This document shows, one piece after another, positions 24,669-38,929 of a stretch of 64,000 bases of DNA (position 1 is the first letter of the stretch; every line of letters begins with the position of its first letter). The stretch is taken from positions 83,762,001 through 83,826,000 of the forward strand of contig OZ260664.1 in NCBI GenBank assembly GCA_965285935.1. Direction: 5' to 3'. The notes under the pieces were generated by a model, which did no database searches, was not told where the DNA came from, and worked only from the letters and a program-made list of their open reading frames with translations. The stretch is from Ophelia neglecta (taxonomy: Eukaryota). A program made the translations under genes and the position numbers.

Positions 24669-25069
24669 TATTACTTCAGACTTGGCAACATACTATTGGG
24701 GAATGCTCCTATAATTTACCTAACTGTTTTACAATGATTTTATTTCCCCTCGTTAGTGTAGTTAAATGTGCTTTGCAATTGATAAAGTACACTTATCTGT
24801 ATAATGGATCACATCGCTTTACATGGAGTATAAATAATATCAGACATATATGACGTGTTGTCAATTCCAGCTTGGTTTTTTAAGGGGAGACAAATTGCTT
24901 TGCCATAACGTTTAATGTCTGGGGGAGAGACTGGAGTACAAGCCACAAACAAATACAACCTGCTGCTAACCTTAGCCTGCTTCAAACAATCCTCAGTTGT
25001 CAGTCAACATGGAGTGTCCTCATTTAGACTTATTAATGTTGTAAGGTATGGTGTACACACACAAACTGT

Positions 25070-25436
25070 CAGGAGGAGGGACCATGGGTGGGATATCACT
25101 GGCAGAATGGACCATCTCCTGAATATCACTGCCAGGAGGAGGGACCATCTCGGAAGAAGGGACCCCCCCCCCCCCGGGAAGGGACCATCTCCCAAGTATC
25201 ACTGTAAGGAGAAGGGACCACCTCCTGAATATCACTGCCAGGAGGAGGGACCATCTCAGAAGAAGGGACCGATTCCGGGGATGGGACCGTCTCCCGAGTA
25301 TCACTGCCAGGAGGAGGGACCATCTCAGGAGAAGGGACCGACTCCGGGGATGGGACCGTCTCCCGAGTATCACTGTCAGGAGAAGGGACCGTCTCCTAAG
25401 TATCACTGCCAGGAGAAGAGACCACCACCTAAGTAT
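25070..25436. repeat. Compound repeat (33-bp and 18-bp units)
   Basis: GGGACCATCTCCTGAATATCACTGCCAGGAGGA and shorter GGGACC-based units. Explains ORF 24915..25487. Confidence 0.85.
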
Positions 25437-26028
25437 CTCAGGTTTTGCTCATTAGAAGTAGGCAAGCTGTTCAAGTGTTCAATTTAAGAAAGGGCACTGT
25501 TGAGGTTTCCAATTAAAAAGAAAAATACATTTCTGCATTCTATTATATGTCTAGTAGTAATATAATTTCTATATCTGCATAGCGCCCTCAGAAAGCTGCG
25601 GTAGGGCTGCAGACAGCAAACCTGAGTCTCGCTACGTCAAACAAACAGTGTGTAACATTCACGTCAATTTTACCATCTATCATTCAAGACTAGAAGACAC
25701 AATTCAATGTTTGCCAATTAAAAAGTGTACTATCTATTGAACCATAAGCTACTGCTTCAAAAACTACTATACCTTTAAATAATGAACTAAGCTATACAGA
25801 AATAACACAATATCATCAAAGATCTATAACACTTCACATAATGACAGCCTTCCCTTCGCAATATCATAAAGTACAAGGTAAAATAAGGAAAATTCTTCTC
25901 AAGACACATTAAACATGCTAATCTGCCTACATCTATTCTAAGAGATTCATAGATTTCTTATGGACCTTATTTACTTAACAGATTCATATTAGTTTTGTTG
26001 GTATAAAACATTACACCAGCTTGAACGT

Positions 26029-26215
26029 GTGTTAACACTAAGAGTGCCAAGGGCCTCTAAAATCAGCCCTACTTTTGATGTAGGTAAAGTGCCAGTGGCC
26101 GCTATAATCGGCTCTGTATTTACCTAATATTCTGTGTTAAAAGGAGCCCCCTAACACCATATCAGCCTCTATAGCATTGTAGTTTGTCCAATAGCATTGC
26201 TGAGGTTCTGTCCTT
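26029..26215 (+). repeat. Unclassified dispersed repeat, copy 1
   Basis: GTGCCAAGGGCCTCTAA...TTTGATGTAGGTAAAGTGCC is homologous to 39840-40015 (+) and 46311-46397 (-). Confidence 0.75.
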
Positions 26216-26954
26216 ACAGACAATCTAGTTTTGAGGCTATTTATATTTGTCTCTAATTTCTCCATGGTCAGTCAGAGACATGAAATATGCTAATTCTAAC
26301 AGCACTCTATAGACATCAGGTCTGCGTATCTGTTTGGTACCCAAAGTGTTATGGACAGTGTGATAATCCAACAAACAAGATTTCGGTGCCCTGTACATAT
26401 TTGGTTTTTTACCTATTGACCCAGAGTTTGCCCTACCTGAACTTTCACCTCTAGTTTTCAGCCAGCCACAGAGTCAAAGCTTTTCTTAATGCGGGTGCCT
26501 AAGTAGTGAATAAATACTTAACAGGAGAGTGAGAACACACGACTACAGTTCCTGTGTTGATCAATTCTGTGAATGATACTTGAAGTCCTTGTGGACCTAA
26601 GAAGAGGATTCTAACAGTGAATGCCCTCCACAGGATTATAATCTATTCACCAGGTCAAAGGTCAAAGGAATCTGAGCTAATGCAAAACATGGCCAATGAA
26701 TATAACCCAAGAATGTCCATGTCTCCATTGCTTGGAGCATTGTGTATTTCTTATTTAGATGTAAACATTATATATATAACCGTTCTCATTGGTGCTACCC
26801 ATAATCACTGACGCAAACTATTCATAGGAAATAACCAACACATTTTACTCTAAATCTGAGGTCCTTGAAGTCAACCCTCCTCTCCATGGGTGGCCTACTA
26901 GGTCAGTGTCCTATGAGGGAGACCCACTCAGAGGAGGGTCCACTTTAAGAGGGC

Positions 26955-27176
26955 TTCACATCAGTTCATGATATAATGGACCTCCTCATAAGTCTATGAG
27001 GTTTACACAGTCAGATCTTGAAATAATGGACCTCCTTGTAAGTCTATGAGGGCTACACAGTCAGATTATGAAATAATGAACCTGCTTTTTAAGTCTATGA
27101 AAAACTACACAGTCAGATTATGAAATAATGGACCTGCTCTTTAAGTCTATGCGGACTACACAGTCAGGTTATGATA
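26955..27176. repeat. 51-bp tandem repeat, about 4 copies
   Basis: CACAGTCAGATTATGAAATAATGGACCT...TAAGTCTATG repeated. Confidence 0.85.
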
Positions 27177-27554
27177 TACAGTCCTTCCCTGAAGTGAGAA
27201 GATGACAGCTGGGACCTGGGCAGCCCCACTGATAATGGTTGTACATGTGTTTGGTGGCCCTAGTTGACTCTTGCATGTTTGCCACACACACCCTGGTCAT
27301 ATTTCATGCCCTGTACAAAGTAATAACATAACTGTGTTGGCAGAAATATATAGGATGACAAATAAACCTGGGAGCCTTGTATAGCACATAGAAGCTCAAC
27401 AGGCAGTCAAGTCACAGCCTTGTTTATCTACTCATGTATCTTTAAAATCATGAATATTATAAGCCACTCAAACATGCCTTCGTTTGGCTGGTATCAAAAG
27501 TGAGAAAGTCTTTGCTCAGAGCCACCTTTAAAAAACCCAGTAGGTCTTGATGTA

Positions 27555-27830
27555 CAGTGGTCCCTGCAATGTAGGGCCATGCCTAAATCCAAGGAAAAGT
27601 GGCCCTACATTGCAGGTGGCCTCCCATTGGAGGTATTTTAACATGGAAAAGATAGGACACGGGGATTCAAAAAATGTCCTGCATTCACCGGTTCCCCTTC
27701 ATAGGAGGGGCCCTACACCGCAGTGACCACTTTCCCGCAATCACAGGTGGCCCTTTATCAGAGGGCCCTACATCGCAGTGATCACTTTCCCCGCAATCAC
27801 AGGTGGCCCTTCATCAGAGGGGCCCTACAT
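27555..27830. mobile_element. MITE family 2 (CAGTGGTCCCTGC ends) with tandemly duplicated 3' end
   Basis: Starts TA|CAGTGGTCCCTGC and aligns with 36311-36470. The last ~55 bp is repeated about twice more. Confidence 0.75.
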
Positions 27831-29656
27831 AACTAGATAATCATGAGGCACCTTAGAACTTATCTATTTAGACAATTCTTCGGAATCAATTTTTACCATT
27901 TATTAAAAGTTAACACCACACCTAAGTGAATGGTTATTGTTAAATTCACCTACTTTACTTTCCTCAGCTAGTCTTTAGTACAATTCATCCTGAAATGAGC
28001 CCAGATATCACACTTTGTCAGACAAAGACCAGGCCCACGTGTTCACAACAGCTTAGCTTCCAGTAAATAAAGACAACAATTGGAGCCAATTACTGAATTT
28101 AATTTGAACTCTGTGCTGTTGGTTGGTGGCCACTGGGAATCCCGGATATCCCATATTTGGCGTCTTACATGGGCTATGTAATCAATGCCATATGTACACT
28201 ATAGCACTGCCAATATTCTTGGCAGACGTTTTACATAATATATGTGCACAACAAGTATATTCAAATAGTTTATTAAGAGCACACGTGGTGTGAAGTGCCT
28301 GTCAATATTGATGCTTTGATTGAATTTTACTTCTCTTAAAACAAATACTATATCTGTTAGGACCAAACCGATAGAGAAACTCTTTCAAGTGAGTTTTCTT
28401 TGACCGTGTTTGAGGTTGGGGGTCTCCCAGTGCAGCCTGGGATGAGCCAGACACCCAGCTGGATTAATCCACACACTACCTCAGGCAATGATGGCCCAAT
28501 CAGACTGGTACTGACATCTTTTTATCTAGTTGTTTATACAAATCATACCTATACATATGTACTTGTGTTAAATTCCTTGATGTTTTTTTCTTGGATTACT
28601 ATGACTCAGCTGTCCTGCTCTGACAGCTAGTGTTTCCTGCTGGTAAGGACTTGTAGCTTGTTAGAGAGTTTGAGATGGGAGATAAAGACCATGACATCAT
28701 TAGAACCATACAATAACATACCCTCAGTCACAGGGGAAGCTGGCTGTGTAATCACTGACAGGTCTGAACACACTGACTGACTAATACAGCATCCTGAACA
28801 AATAGGATCTAAGAGCTATCATCCAGAACTATTTCCATCTACATACTCAGTTCAGATTATCACATAAATCATGGACTGTCAATCTCCATTAAATGCTCAA
28901 ATGCTAACAAATTTGACATGAAGAAAAATGACTTGAAATAATAACATTTTTAAAGGTTATGGGGAGGGATGGGGGTGTCTTGAAAGCTGATCTCATTAAA
29001 TACCAAAACACCCAAAAAGTGCTAAAACAGCCCACTTATTGTCAACACAGTTGACTATACCTCCAATCAAAGGGATGAGCAGCCTCTGCTTTTCAATATA
29101 TCTACCCATATATCATAATAGAGCAGCACAGCACATTCTAAGTTTTACCCACTGGACTTGTATTAAACTATATTAGTGTATTTGGACACTGTCCTGGAGA
29201 CCTGGGCTGGGGCCATACTACATGCCATCATCACCATGGTGGGGAGGTGACATCAAAGACCCCTAATCACCTCTCACAAAGAGGGGCGGCCACTCAGGCT
29301 CCTTACAGACTACACATGATATAATATCATATAGTATAGCCAATAAACATGGATTAAAGATCTAGCCCTATAATAAAGAGAACTCTATAAATACATTAGA
29401 ACAGAAACCCCTTCCTATACACAGGCCAGTCAGTCGGTTCATTTTTTTCTCCTTTTTTGCCTACTAGCTTGTCAAGGCAGTGTAATCACTAGCACCGTTG
29501 AATGTTTTTTCTAAAGTTTCGCTGTGAAGCCATAGCAACAGTATTCCCACACCTTTGCCACAAGTTAATAGGAGTCGGAGAATCAACAGGAGTTTGGACA
29601 TGGGGTCCCTGGAGTAGCCATGCTCAATGCCAGGCCCAGCTTTTCATATAAACCAG

Positions 29657-29987
29657 GTGGTCAAGGGGAGAGAGGCTGGTAAAGGTCAAGGTGAGAGAGG
29701 CTGGTCAAGGTCATGACGAGGCTGGTGAAGGTCAAGGTGAGAGAGGCTGGTCAAGGTCATGGTGAGAGAGGCTGGTCAAGGTCATGACGAGGCTGGTGAA
29801 GGTCAAGGTGAGAGAGGCTGGTCAAGGTCATGGCGAGGCTGGTCAAGGTCAAGGTGAGAGAGGCTAGTCAAGGTGAGAGAGGCTGGTCAAGGTCAAGGTG
29901 AGAGAGGCTGGTCAAGGTCATGGTGAGAGAGGCTGGTCAAGGTCAAGGTGAGAGAGGCTGGTCAAGGTCAAGGTGAGAAAGGCTGGT
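29657..29987. repeat. GGTCAA-rich minisatellite (about 21-25 bp units)
   Basis: Variants of GGTCAAGGTCAAGGTGAGAGAGGCT. Confidence 0.9.
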
Positions 29988-30893
29988 TATCAAATATAGA
30001 TTTCTGTCCTGATGGGGACTCTGGTGTATACAACTTACTCAAATTCATGTTTCCAATTTACATTTTTCATTTTTATAGTGTAGACAATAATTAAAATTGT
30101 CCATTTCATGTGCACTTCTGTAGACAAGTTTCCATGGATACCTCATACCACTCCATCCATGAAATGAAAGTCTCCGTGTTTTAACCTCATTGCACTCCAT
30201 TTTCTGAAGTTTTGTCCACAAAAAGCAAATCTTTAATAACAGACATTGTTGCCGGCCTTGACTTGGCATTGTTGTATAGTGAGGCTGGTTGATTAACAAA
30301 GGGGTACACAAAACTGACATGGTGTTACCACAATCTTGTAATCTGATTCTGATGATACTGATGACAGGGTAACATGATGTTGTAATCAGACTCTGATGAC
30401 CTTGATGACACTCCCACATTATTCTCCCTTCTGGATGACAATATAATTGTCCTGAACACCTTGCCAGGATGACATGAACGCCAGTATGACAAGGCATACC
30501 GGTGAATCTGTGTCTGGACCCCTTCATGCACAAAAGGCCAGGATAATCACCTGAACATTATAACAACCCAGTGTGACGAGAGGCTGGACAGGCAATATGC
30601 TGACATCTGGATAGGTGTCACTCTCATCAGTATCTGTCAGGGGGCTGTCAGCCACAATAACTGACAATTAACATGGCATTGTAAAAAAAATATTGGCAGT
30701 TTTTTAGTTAACAGGCCAAGTTGACTCTTGACTGGCTCTGATGATAAGCAGAGGTGTGTTCTGTGCCAGACACCTGTGGGGGCCGCTGGCTACTGGCTAG
30801 GTCTGACAAGAACCATGTCAAGTGTGACAAATTAAGGGCCTTTGTGCAAAAGATTCTCTCAGCAACAAAGAGGGGTGAGTGAATCTACCACTA

Positions 30894-31036
30894 GGAAGGC
30901 TTCAATGAGGAAGGCTTCAATGAGGAAGGCTTCAATGAGGAAGGCTTCAATGAGGAAGGCTTCAATGAGGAAGGCTTCAATGAGGAAGGTTTTAACAGGA
31001 AGGTTTTAACTAGGAAGGCTTCAACAAGGAAGGCTT
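30894..31036. repeat. 15-bp minisatellite, about 9 copies
   Basis: Unit GGAAGGCTTCAATGA. Confidence 0.9.
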
Positions 31037-32854
31037 TAATGTTTGGCATCATGGTTCAGAACATTTCCACTCATGGTTCAATTTGCACAGCTGCCCAGAA
31101 CAGGTCAAAAGAGGGTAAAAAGCTGACTCGAGACAGAAAAATTATCATATGACGTCGCTTAGAAATAACAAAGCTGACTTGAAGCATCATAAAAATCAGC
31201 ATTTCAGAGCCAATCCTTTCACAACGCTTTGCCAAGTTAAGGTCAATAAAAACATGAAGTGCCTGCAAATATTAAAAGACTTTAGGCCACCTGCATAAGT
31301 AAGACAAGCTAGTCTGGGAGAAGGTGAGAGACCTACACACACTGACATGAACTTTACCTTGTACATGTTACTATATGGTGTCTCCCCAGACACAGGGCAA
31401 ACACACAGGATCATGGTCGGATTGGCAAGTGTGCTCGAGATCATACGAGCTATAAACTGCCTTGTAATAACCCAAATGACTTCAATATATCTCCAATTAA
31501 ACTGAATTAAGGCATGAGTGTACAATACCAGGAGTTTTCAAGGCATGACTCTGGAGTACCTGAGTTTTATATACTCCATTCAGCCTAATATAATACCTCT
31601 CATAATGAACGCACCTAAAATTAATTAAATTCATACACGTGTGAATTATTAGTGGCAAAATATTAATGATTATCATTTGGATTACTGAATATTCATAATT
31701 TCCACTACAGGTTATGATGAAAGTGAGCTAATAATGGCAGGTAAAAATAATTAAAATAATGTGAAGCTGAAATGTATGAATTAATACAGGGTGCTGATTA
31801 GTGGAGGGGTTATGGTAGGTCAAATACTCCCAGTTCTACTGTCATTTATAGAACAGTCTATCAATACAGGTACTGTACCACTTACACAATTAAAGTGACG
31901 ACCGAGTTTACTATAAACTCAAAAATTCAGAAACTTTCGAGCCGAGCGAACAAATATAAAATACTTGCCAATAAGTGAGTTAACAATTCAATTTAGTAAA
32001 AAAATTCTAAAATACCTGTGAATATAAGGGTAAATATACCAATATAGTATAGTATCCGAGATCAACTTGTATCCTAGCAGGGACTATCCAAACAAAAAAG
32101 GATTATCCTCAGACACTATCAAATATAGAGCCTTGACTGTCAATCCTCGGTGGTCCTGGGCAGCGGGGTGACTTTTGTTATAAGGTATTTCCTCTGTTGC
32201 CTGGTGCTATGGGTGAGGCTAGCCGCCCAGCTGGTGAGGCCCAGCTGAGGTATTGATGTTATTAGCCTGTTCCAGTAATTCCAGGTGAGGTTTCCAGGTG
32301 ATAGTGAGAGGTGGGGAGTTCTCTTAACACCTGTCCTGGTAACTAGGGTCTAGGACACACCTTTACACATATCACTGAAACCCTTGGACAAGATCCAAAC
32401 TGAACACTGAGCTGCAAACTGTCATAATCTGTGTACACAAACACTACATATATAATGGCAATGTCTCAAGCCAAAAGACACAACACATCACCATACACAA
32501 TAGACATGTATGTGGGCCAGATGGAAATGATCCCAGTGTCAATCAGCCTAGAGAAGGACTTGGCCTACGTAACATCCTGCCTCACAGGACTTAGTCACAG
32601 AGTAGAGGATGTGGGGTGTCCTATGTCCCCTAGAGGTTAGGGTAAAATGTCTCCCTTTATCCTAGCCTCTACAAATCATAGTCCCCTGTATATATATACG
32701 TTTATACTGGATACTTTATCTGTGTATTGATCTATGTGGATGTGACTGATCTCTAATATCAAATAATCAGGACACAGAACAGATTTCTAAACAGAAATCC
32801 ACCACTCGTATCCTGAAGACTGACAGTCAGCAGTTCCCTGACTGCCTAGGCCAT

Positions 32855-33058
32855 GTCACATACATACCAGGGGTGTTATAGGCTCACCACAATCCTGCTA
32901 CAGGGCTCCTGGGGCTGCCTACCCTGTCAGATACATACCAGGGGTGTTATAGGCTCACTACAATCCTGCTACAGGGCTCCTGGGGCTGCCTACCCTGTCA
33001 CATACATACCCGGGGTGTTATAGGCCCACCACAATCCTGCTACAGGGCTCCCTACCCT
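32855..33058. repeat. About 70-bp tandem repeat, 3 copies
   Basis: TGTCACATACATACCAGGGGTGTTATAGGCTCACCACAATCCTGCTACAGGGCTCC repeated. Confidence 0.9.
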
Positions 33059-33854
33059 GCCCTGGTTCCTTGGTTAGATGTATATCACGGTTTTGTAGCC
33101 AACAAGCCATCAGGTCACACAGCCACCCTGTTAGATCTAACAAGTCCTCTGCTATGAGCTGAGGGCTGCCATGTTACATCAAACATGTCTAACACACACT
33201 CTGTTTACAGGCTGTGTTCTCTGTTTACTGGCTGTTATGTAAGTCAATCCTATGACAAATCCCCTTACACAGTGTCAAATTACCCCTCAGTCTACTGCCA
33301 AAATGGAGAACACAGTGTGAAGCGTGCAGACCTGGAGTTCCCTGACCCAGAACGGTGACCTCTGACCTTGTCAGTGACCCCTGTGAGGAGTCATGACCCT
33401 ATATGTGGCAGGCCTGTGTTTACACTTGACACTGCTGATAAACATATCTTCAAAAGGCTGCGTTTAAAGACTGACTGATGGTCGTTAGTGACTGACAAGA
33501 CTACTAATGATTGTCACATTGGTTCCCATAGCAATGACATGATTTTTAAAACATCCAGCTGAATATCTTCAGCCTAAAGGCTACAGGGTTCAAGTGAGTG
33601 CTTTCATCCATTGGATGTGCTACATAATGCCAGTATTTAATTTCTGTTTAGAAGGTAGCCAAGCTGATAATGTGGGTACAATGAATGGCCCAGGTGAGAG
33701 ATATCTATCAGGTGTCATATACCACCAGGGCTTGACACACCTGATGTACAGACAGGGTCAGGACCACCACAATGGGACCCATACATCAGCTTACAGACCT
33801 CCATCAGGTCTACCTACTACAGCATACTAGGGGAGAGGCTAGGAAATACATGTA

Positions 33855-34031
33855 CAGTGAAACCTGTGAATTAAGACCACCCAAGGGACTGGAAAATACT
33901 GGTCTGATTATACGAGTGGTCTGTTTACACAGGCTTTACACTGAAAATCTACATTTTATGGTCTTCATATCAGTGGCCTTAATTGACAGGTGTTCTTACT
34001 ACAGAGGCAGTCTGTATGGCAGGTTTCCCTG
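33855..34031. mobile_element. MITE family 1, copy 2
   Basis: TA|CAGTGAAACCTG ... CAGGTTTCCCTG|TA. Internal AGACCACCCAAGGGACTGG is shared with copy 1. Confidence 0.85.
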
Positions 34032-34298
34032 TATTTGTTACTCAGTCCGTTACTCTGATACTTGTGTGAATAGCAGTTACAACACTATACCACTCAGTTT
34101 GGAGGCTATCACATGTCTTTAACGTTTATATGAGACTGAGCATTCTCATTATAATTTACTTCTTCTAGCTTCAAAGTTTTAAGATTTTCACTTTTATCAT
34201 CATCCAAAATCCACATTAATCAGAAATGACCAAATATTACATGCCAAATCTTCCTTGTGCTGAAGGTTTGGGAATCTAAATGTATTAAGACTACTCAC

Positions 34299-34456
34299 CA
34301 GTGTTATTGTTGTTGTGTGCTGCCCCCTGTTGGCGTCTGTCGACACTGCTATAGCTGCCTTTGGTAAGTCTGTTTAGGTTACTACTCCCCTGCTCCTTGG
34401 TACTTGGGTTGGTCACAGTCGGACATTTACTACTTCCCTTGAATGGAGAGGGCAGT
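34299..34456 (-). CDS. NAV2: Neuron navigator (NAV2-like/unc-53) coding exon A (158 nt, phase 2 to phase 1)
   Basis: Acceptor ttgtcttccag| and donor ACTG|gtgagt. Open frame (R)LPSPFKGSSKCPTVTNPSTKEQGSSNLNRLTKGSYSSVDRRQQGAAHNNNNT(G). RLPSP resembles the SRLPGP motif that follows the CH domain in vertebrate navigators. The phase joins the exon at 22664. Not in the ORF track. Confidence 0.8.
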
Positions 34457-34646
34457 CTGGAAGACAAATATGGACATATGAATGGCTGGTTTTCATTGAA
34501 AATGTGCAGTTAAATAAAATCAGTTAACAGAAATCTAACTCTGATCATGTGAAGAGACTGATGAGGTCTATTTGCTGGTCAGATGTCGTTGGAGTCATTC
34601 TTTCCTTTGAAGGTGTCATTGCTCTGTGAAGATGTCCCTCCCTCTC

Positions 34647-34979
34647 TTGTTGTTGTTGTTTTGGGGTTTTACGTGGCTTTCAACACTTATCGGTCTTATC
34701 GTCACGGTGCCTACTTGTGACAGTGGGCTCAATGCCCTCTTTAGAATGCTGCCTCACTGGAGTACCTGCCCTAGACACCAGACAGGGAACCCCACCCAGT
34801 CACATTATACTGACACTGGGTTGACCAGTCCTGATACTACCCCAGAAGTACCGGGCACCTGGCAGGGGAGCTATCAGTACCTATTTTAACGTCTTAGGTT
34901 TGACGAGATCGAGCTTCGAACCCCGATCTCCCACTTGCGAGGCGGAGACCCTAACCACTCTGCCACGCTTTGGTGGTCC
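34647..34979 (-). mobile_element. tRNA-derived SINE, copy 1 (full length)
   Basis: On the minus strand: head GGACCACCAAAGCG, A box TGGCAGAGTGG, B box GGTTCGAAGC and a (CAA)n tail. About 330 bp, clearly homologous to the copies at 40.6 and 47.4 kb. The central part resembles Meta-domain SINEs (recollection, unverified). Confidence 0.9.
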
Positions 34980-36141
34980 TCTCCACAGGGAGAGTAGACA
35001 GATAACCCATGGGGCCATGTTGAGAGATGGTGGGGGCACTGTTCCCACGGCTGTCCATTCCCACATTGTCAACAAATATAATCGACTCTGACTAGATATT
35101 AAGACAAACTTAGTGTCTAGAGACTAACATGTCTTCTTATTAGCCTGTTAATAATAACTACCAGGTATATCTTATGTACAGCAGGACTCCATGATCTGTT
35201 TCAGGACTACCTCACAGGTTGTGGTATGGACGATAAACAATGCATGGCAGTCTCCCATCCCCGTGTGTCTGACACTATCGGGTACTACTTGGGCCAAAAG
35301 CCAATGAACTGCCTTACCAAAGACTACAAGCAAACATAAATATATCTCACTATGGATAAATTATCATTCATAAAGCATTAAAATTACTAACAAAAAGACA
35401 TGTACATACAAACTTGTAGCTCCGGGTAACACCATGTTTAAACAGTTATACCTTATCTCTAAATACAATAAAATAAAAATGCCATACAGGGTAAGGCAGC
35501 TGCTGACTACATGATACTGTTGAAAAATGATCTCATAAATAAAACCAGGCATATAAGTCTGTTCATTTGACTCCCAAGTTTAAAGGTTGAATAATTTTGC
35601 TTGCCTCTAAATTTATGTGCAGAATTGCAGATAGATGTTAGCTTTCAATATGTGCCTTTTGTTTATTAAGCTTAACCCTTGGCCATGTAGAGTGAACATG
35701 TATTTAGGAGAACCATGTCAATAATGATAATTTACAATAAATTGCCTCTTGGTGAAGTGCAGATCTTTGAACACATCACAACTTCACCAGCCATCAAAAA
35801 TCTACAATGTGAGTTTGCTTCAATTGCATTGTTTTTGAATTCATTATTGGGCTTTCACAGCCATTATTAAATTGTTTTTCTCCCAATGGATCGGACTTTT
35901 CCACCAATGGGTCTGACTTTCCTCCCTCTGAGCAGATAGCAGTCTATGGGGGCAGGTACAAGCATACATTTATACACTACAAACTGGTGATATAGAGAAG
36001 TGGACAATAGCTGACACTAGTTTAGTTTTCAGACAGACCCTATACAATCCCTGGCCTTGCAGGCCCATCTCACAAGAAACTCTCTCACAAGGGACCATCT
36101 CACCAGAAACCCACTCACCATTGACCATCTCAGTGGTAATA

Positions 36142-36505
36142 CAGTGGAGCCTGCGATAAAGGGACCCTCTGATGAAGGGACTCACCCTCTGATGAAGGGA
36201 CTCCCTCCGACCACAGGACATTGTTCAATGCCCATTCCCTATCTTTCCTATGTTAATGTCCCTCTGATGTAGGGACACCTGCAAAGTAGGGATGCTTTTG
36301 CTTGGATGTACAGTGGTCCTCTTAATCCAAGCAAAGGTGTCCCTACATAGCAGGTGTCCCTTCATCAGAGGGACATTAACAAAGGAAAGATAGGACAAGG
36401 GCATTGAAAAAAGTCCTGTGGTCGGAGGGAGTCCCTTCATCAGAGGGTTCCTACATCGCAGGGACCACTGTAGAGGTAGGTGTCCTTCCATCGCAGGGAC
36501 CACTG
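36142..36505. mobile_element. MITE family 2 outer copy carrying a nested, inverted copy of the same family (36311-36470)
   Basis: Outer TIRs CAGTGGAGCCTGCGAT / ATCGCAGGGACCACTG. The inner element is flanked by TA at 36309-10 and 36471-72. Confidence 0.85.
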
Positions 36506-38689
36506 CATACAGTCGACAGGCAGACTGGGAGGCACCAGTAAGGTGGAATTTGTAACACTCTTTGTTACATTCCAATGGAAGGAGTCCAATTCTTTTAATT
36601 CATCCAGTTTCAGTTTCTTATATTTCTTCTTTGGAAGCTATGGAGATTTGGAGAATTTTCTACCGAGGTCAATTTGGCAATTAAGTGTCTACCAAGTTGT
36701 GCTGGACTGGGCCCTAAAGCAATACCAGCCAATATGGCCATCACTTGGGTCGGAGCCCCATACATAATTCACACTTGTACCCCCTGGGATGGGAAGCAAT
36801 GTCTACACACAGCTTCTCTGCTCACTTAGAAGGTCGCAGAACTCACTCCAAATGTCATACAACTCAACATTCATGATATTTTGTAAGAGGAAATCAATGG
36901 AATTTCACTCTATCTGGCTAGGATGATGTACAATATACATATAGAGGTCTCCTTGGAAGCAGGGTTGTCAGGCCAATGTAGGCATACCCTTAATCATATC
37001 TATCTGTCACCCTGCTGTGGAGTGGGGAGCAGCCCCTAATCAATGTATTTAGTCACATTGATGTATAGGTACATGTACAGCAGTGCATGAGGACATAGGA
37101 CATTTTACAAACTCCTTTCTATGAAGACCCTAATTCAAAGTTGTGCAGAGGCAATATACCGAGTTACTCCGAGTGCCCCTCCCCCTCCCCCTCCCTATCA
37201 TACCTCCCCCCCCCCTCCCTATCATACCTGCTAAAGGACAATGTCTCACAATAGGTGGGTGAACTAAAATGACTTAATATTTGTGAACAATAACCGGTTT
37301 ATATAAAGTTCAAGTTATATTACAATTGATAGGGTTCTAAGTTTCAAATTCATAAAATATTTGGACTGTAGTAAGTGTTTATACAAGGCCTGGAGACTGA
37401 GGAACTGAGTAGAAGTACATGAGTTGGGGTGGCCTGCTTATCATTCCATCATAGTTTACACCATACCACAAATAGAACAGAAAAACAAATTTCTTTGTCT
37501 GCTGGAAACCTCTATGAAGGGAGCTATCTATCACCCAGGAGACTTGTCCTTAGAGCGGAGGACACCTCTCACGACCTTATAGGCCTGGCAGACACCCTCC
37601 CAGAGACCAAGACGAGATCCCCCACACCTGATAGGGCTCCCTGGCCTCCCTATCTACCATCTACAACACCACGAAGATTGGGACCCTCACAAAACAACAC
37701 CAACAGCTGCAGATAATATCCCACACTCCCATAGAGTACACAAATTGGACACATTTTCCCTTTCGTAAATTGCATATTACTATAAAATATCAGTAAATTT
37801 GTCATGGTTTTTTTATATAAAATCAGGCAGCAGACATAATACTGTCTATTGGTGCTCCACTTGCCAGTTGAAGACTGGGCTTCCCTTGGACTGACCATCC
37901 ATGGATTTCACACTCGATGACAAACCATGTCTGCAACCTTCTCATGGTAACTGGTAGATTTATGTTTACAAGCCATTATTCCTGTGTTTTTAGCCTATTA
38001 ATGTTGTCTTATATTATAAATACCAGGGCTTTCTTTGACAAACAGGCAAACTAGATTTGTTCATTGGAAAAACACAAGTAAATCCTATCTTAAACCCTCA
38101 AAATATTCCTATAATATTGCCTAACCTATTATGTACCTAGTTTCCTCATTTATTTAAATCTAAAACCTGCATTTTGTGCAGCAAGTGTTCAAGGAAACCT
38201 GTAGCTATTTTACTTGTCAGGAAAGTGTGGTTCGTTTAGAAGAAAAAAAGATAAAAGTATCTTTAGGTCAATATTTCTTGAGACAACCAGAAATGCCATG
38301 ATCATAAGATATCGGAGTCTGAGATGTGGTGGTGGGTTACTAGTGTATAGTAGGAGTGACCTTGTTGGGTCCTTGTAAAGGCCTGCTCACAAGGAACCAG
38401 GAGCGGTCTGGATGTGGCAGTCTGCTCACAGTAAATGTGATTGTGTACTTTAGTACTCAATCTGGCACTCAATGGACAGTCTGGCAGGCTCCGAGCACCG
38501 AGCACCAAGGAGTATTGCTCAATAAAGTATGTACACTGATTGGATTTGGTCCAATTTACACAAGACTCACTATAAAGCAATGTTAGTGTAACAGATTGTG
38601 GACACTGCAATAAATGAGAAACCTTGGTGTTGATATTGCTACGCATGGCTTTCATTGCTTTACTTTAGTGATTTGTAGCTGTACTTAGT

Positions 38690-38929
38690 GTTCATTGCTT
38701 TTCTTGGAGTTCACTTCTTTACTAGTCATTCATTGCTTTTCTTGGAGTTCACTTCTTTACTAGTCGTTCATTGCTTTTCTTGGAGTTCACTTCTTTACTA
38801 GGCATTTATTGCTTTTCTTGGGGTTCACTTCTTCCCTACGTGTTTATTGCTTTTCTCGGGGTTCACTTCTTCCCTACGTGTTCATTGCTTTTCTTGGGGT
38901 TCACTTCTTCCCTAGGTGTTCATTGCTTT
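38690..38929. repeat. About 38-bp minisatellite, 6 copies
   Basis: Core TTCATTGCTTTTCTTGGAGTTCACTTCTT. Confidence 0.9.

Noticed and set aside
34900-34979. tRNA gene
   Set aside because: The A and B boxes belong to a SINE head that continues into a shared body and (CAA)n tail, present in three copies.
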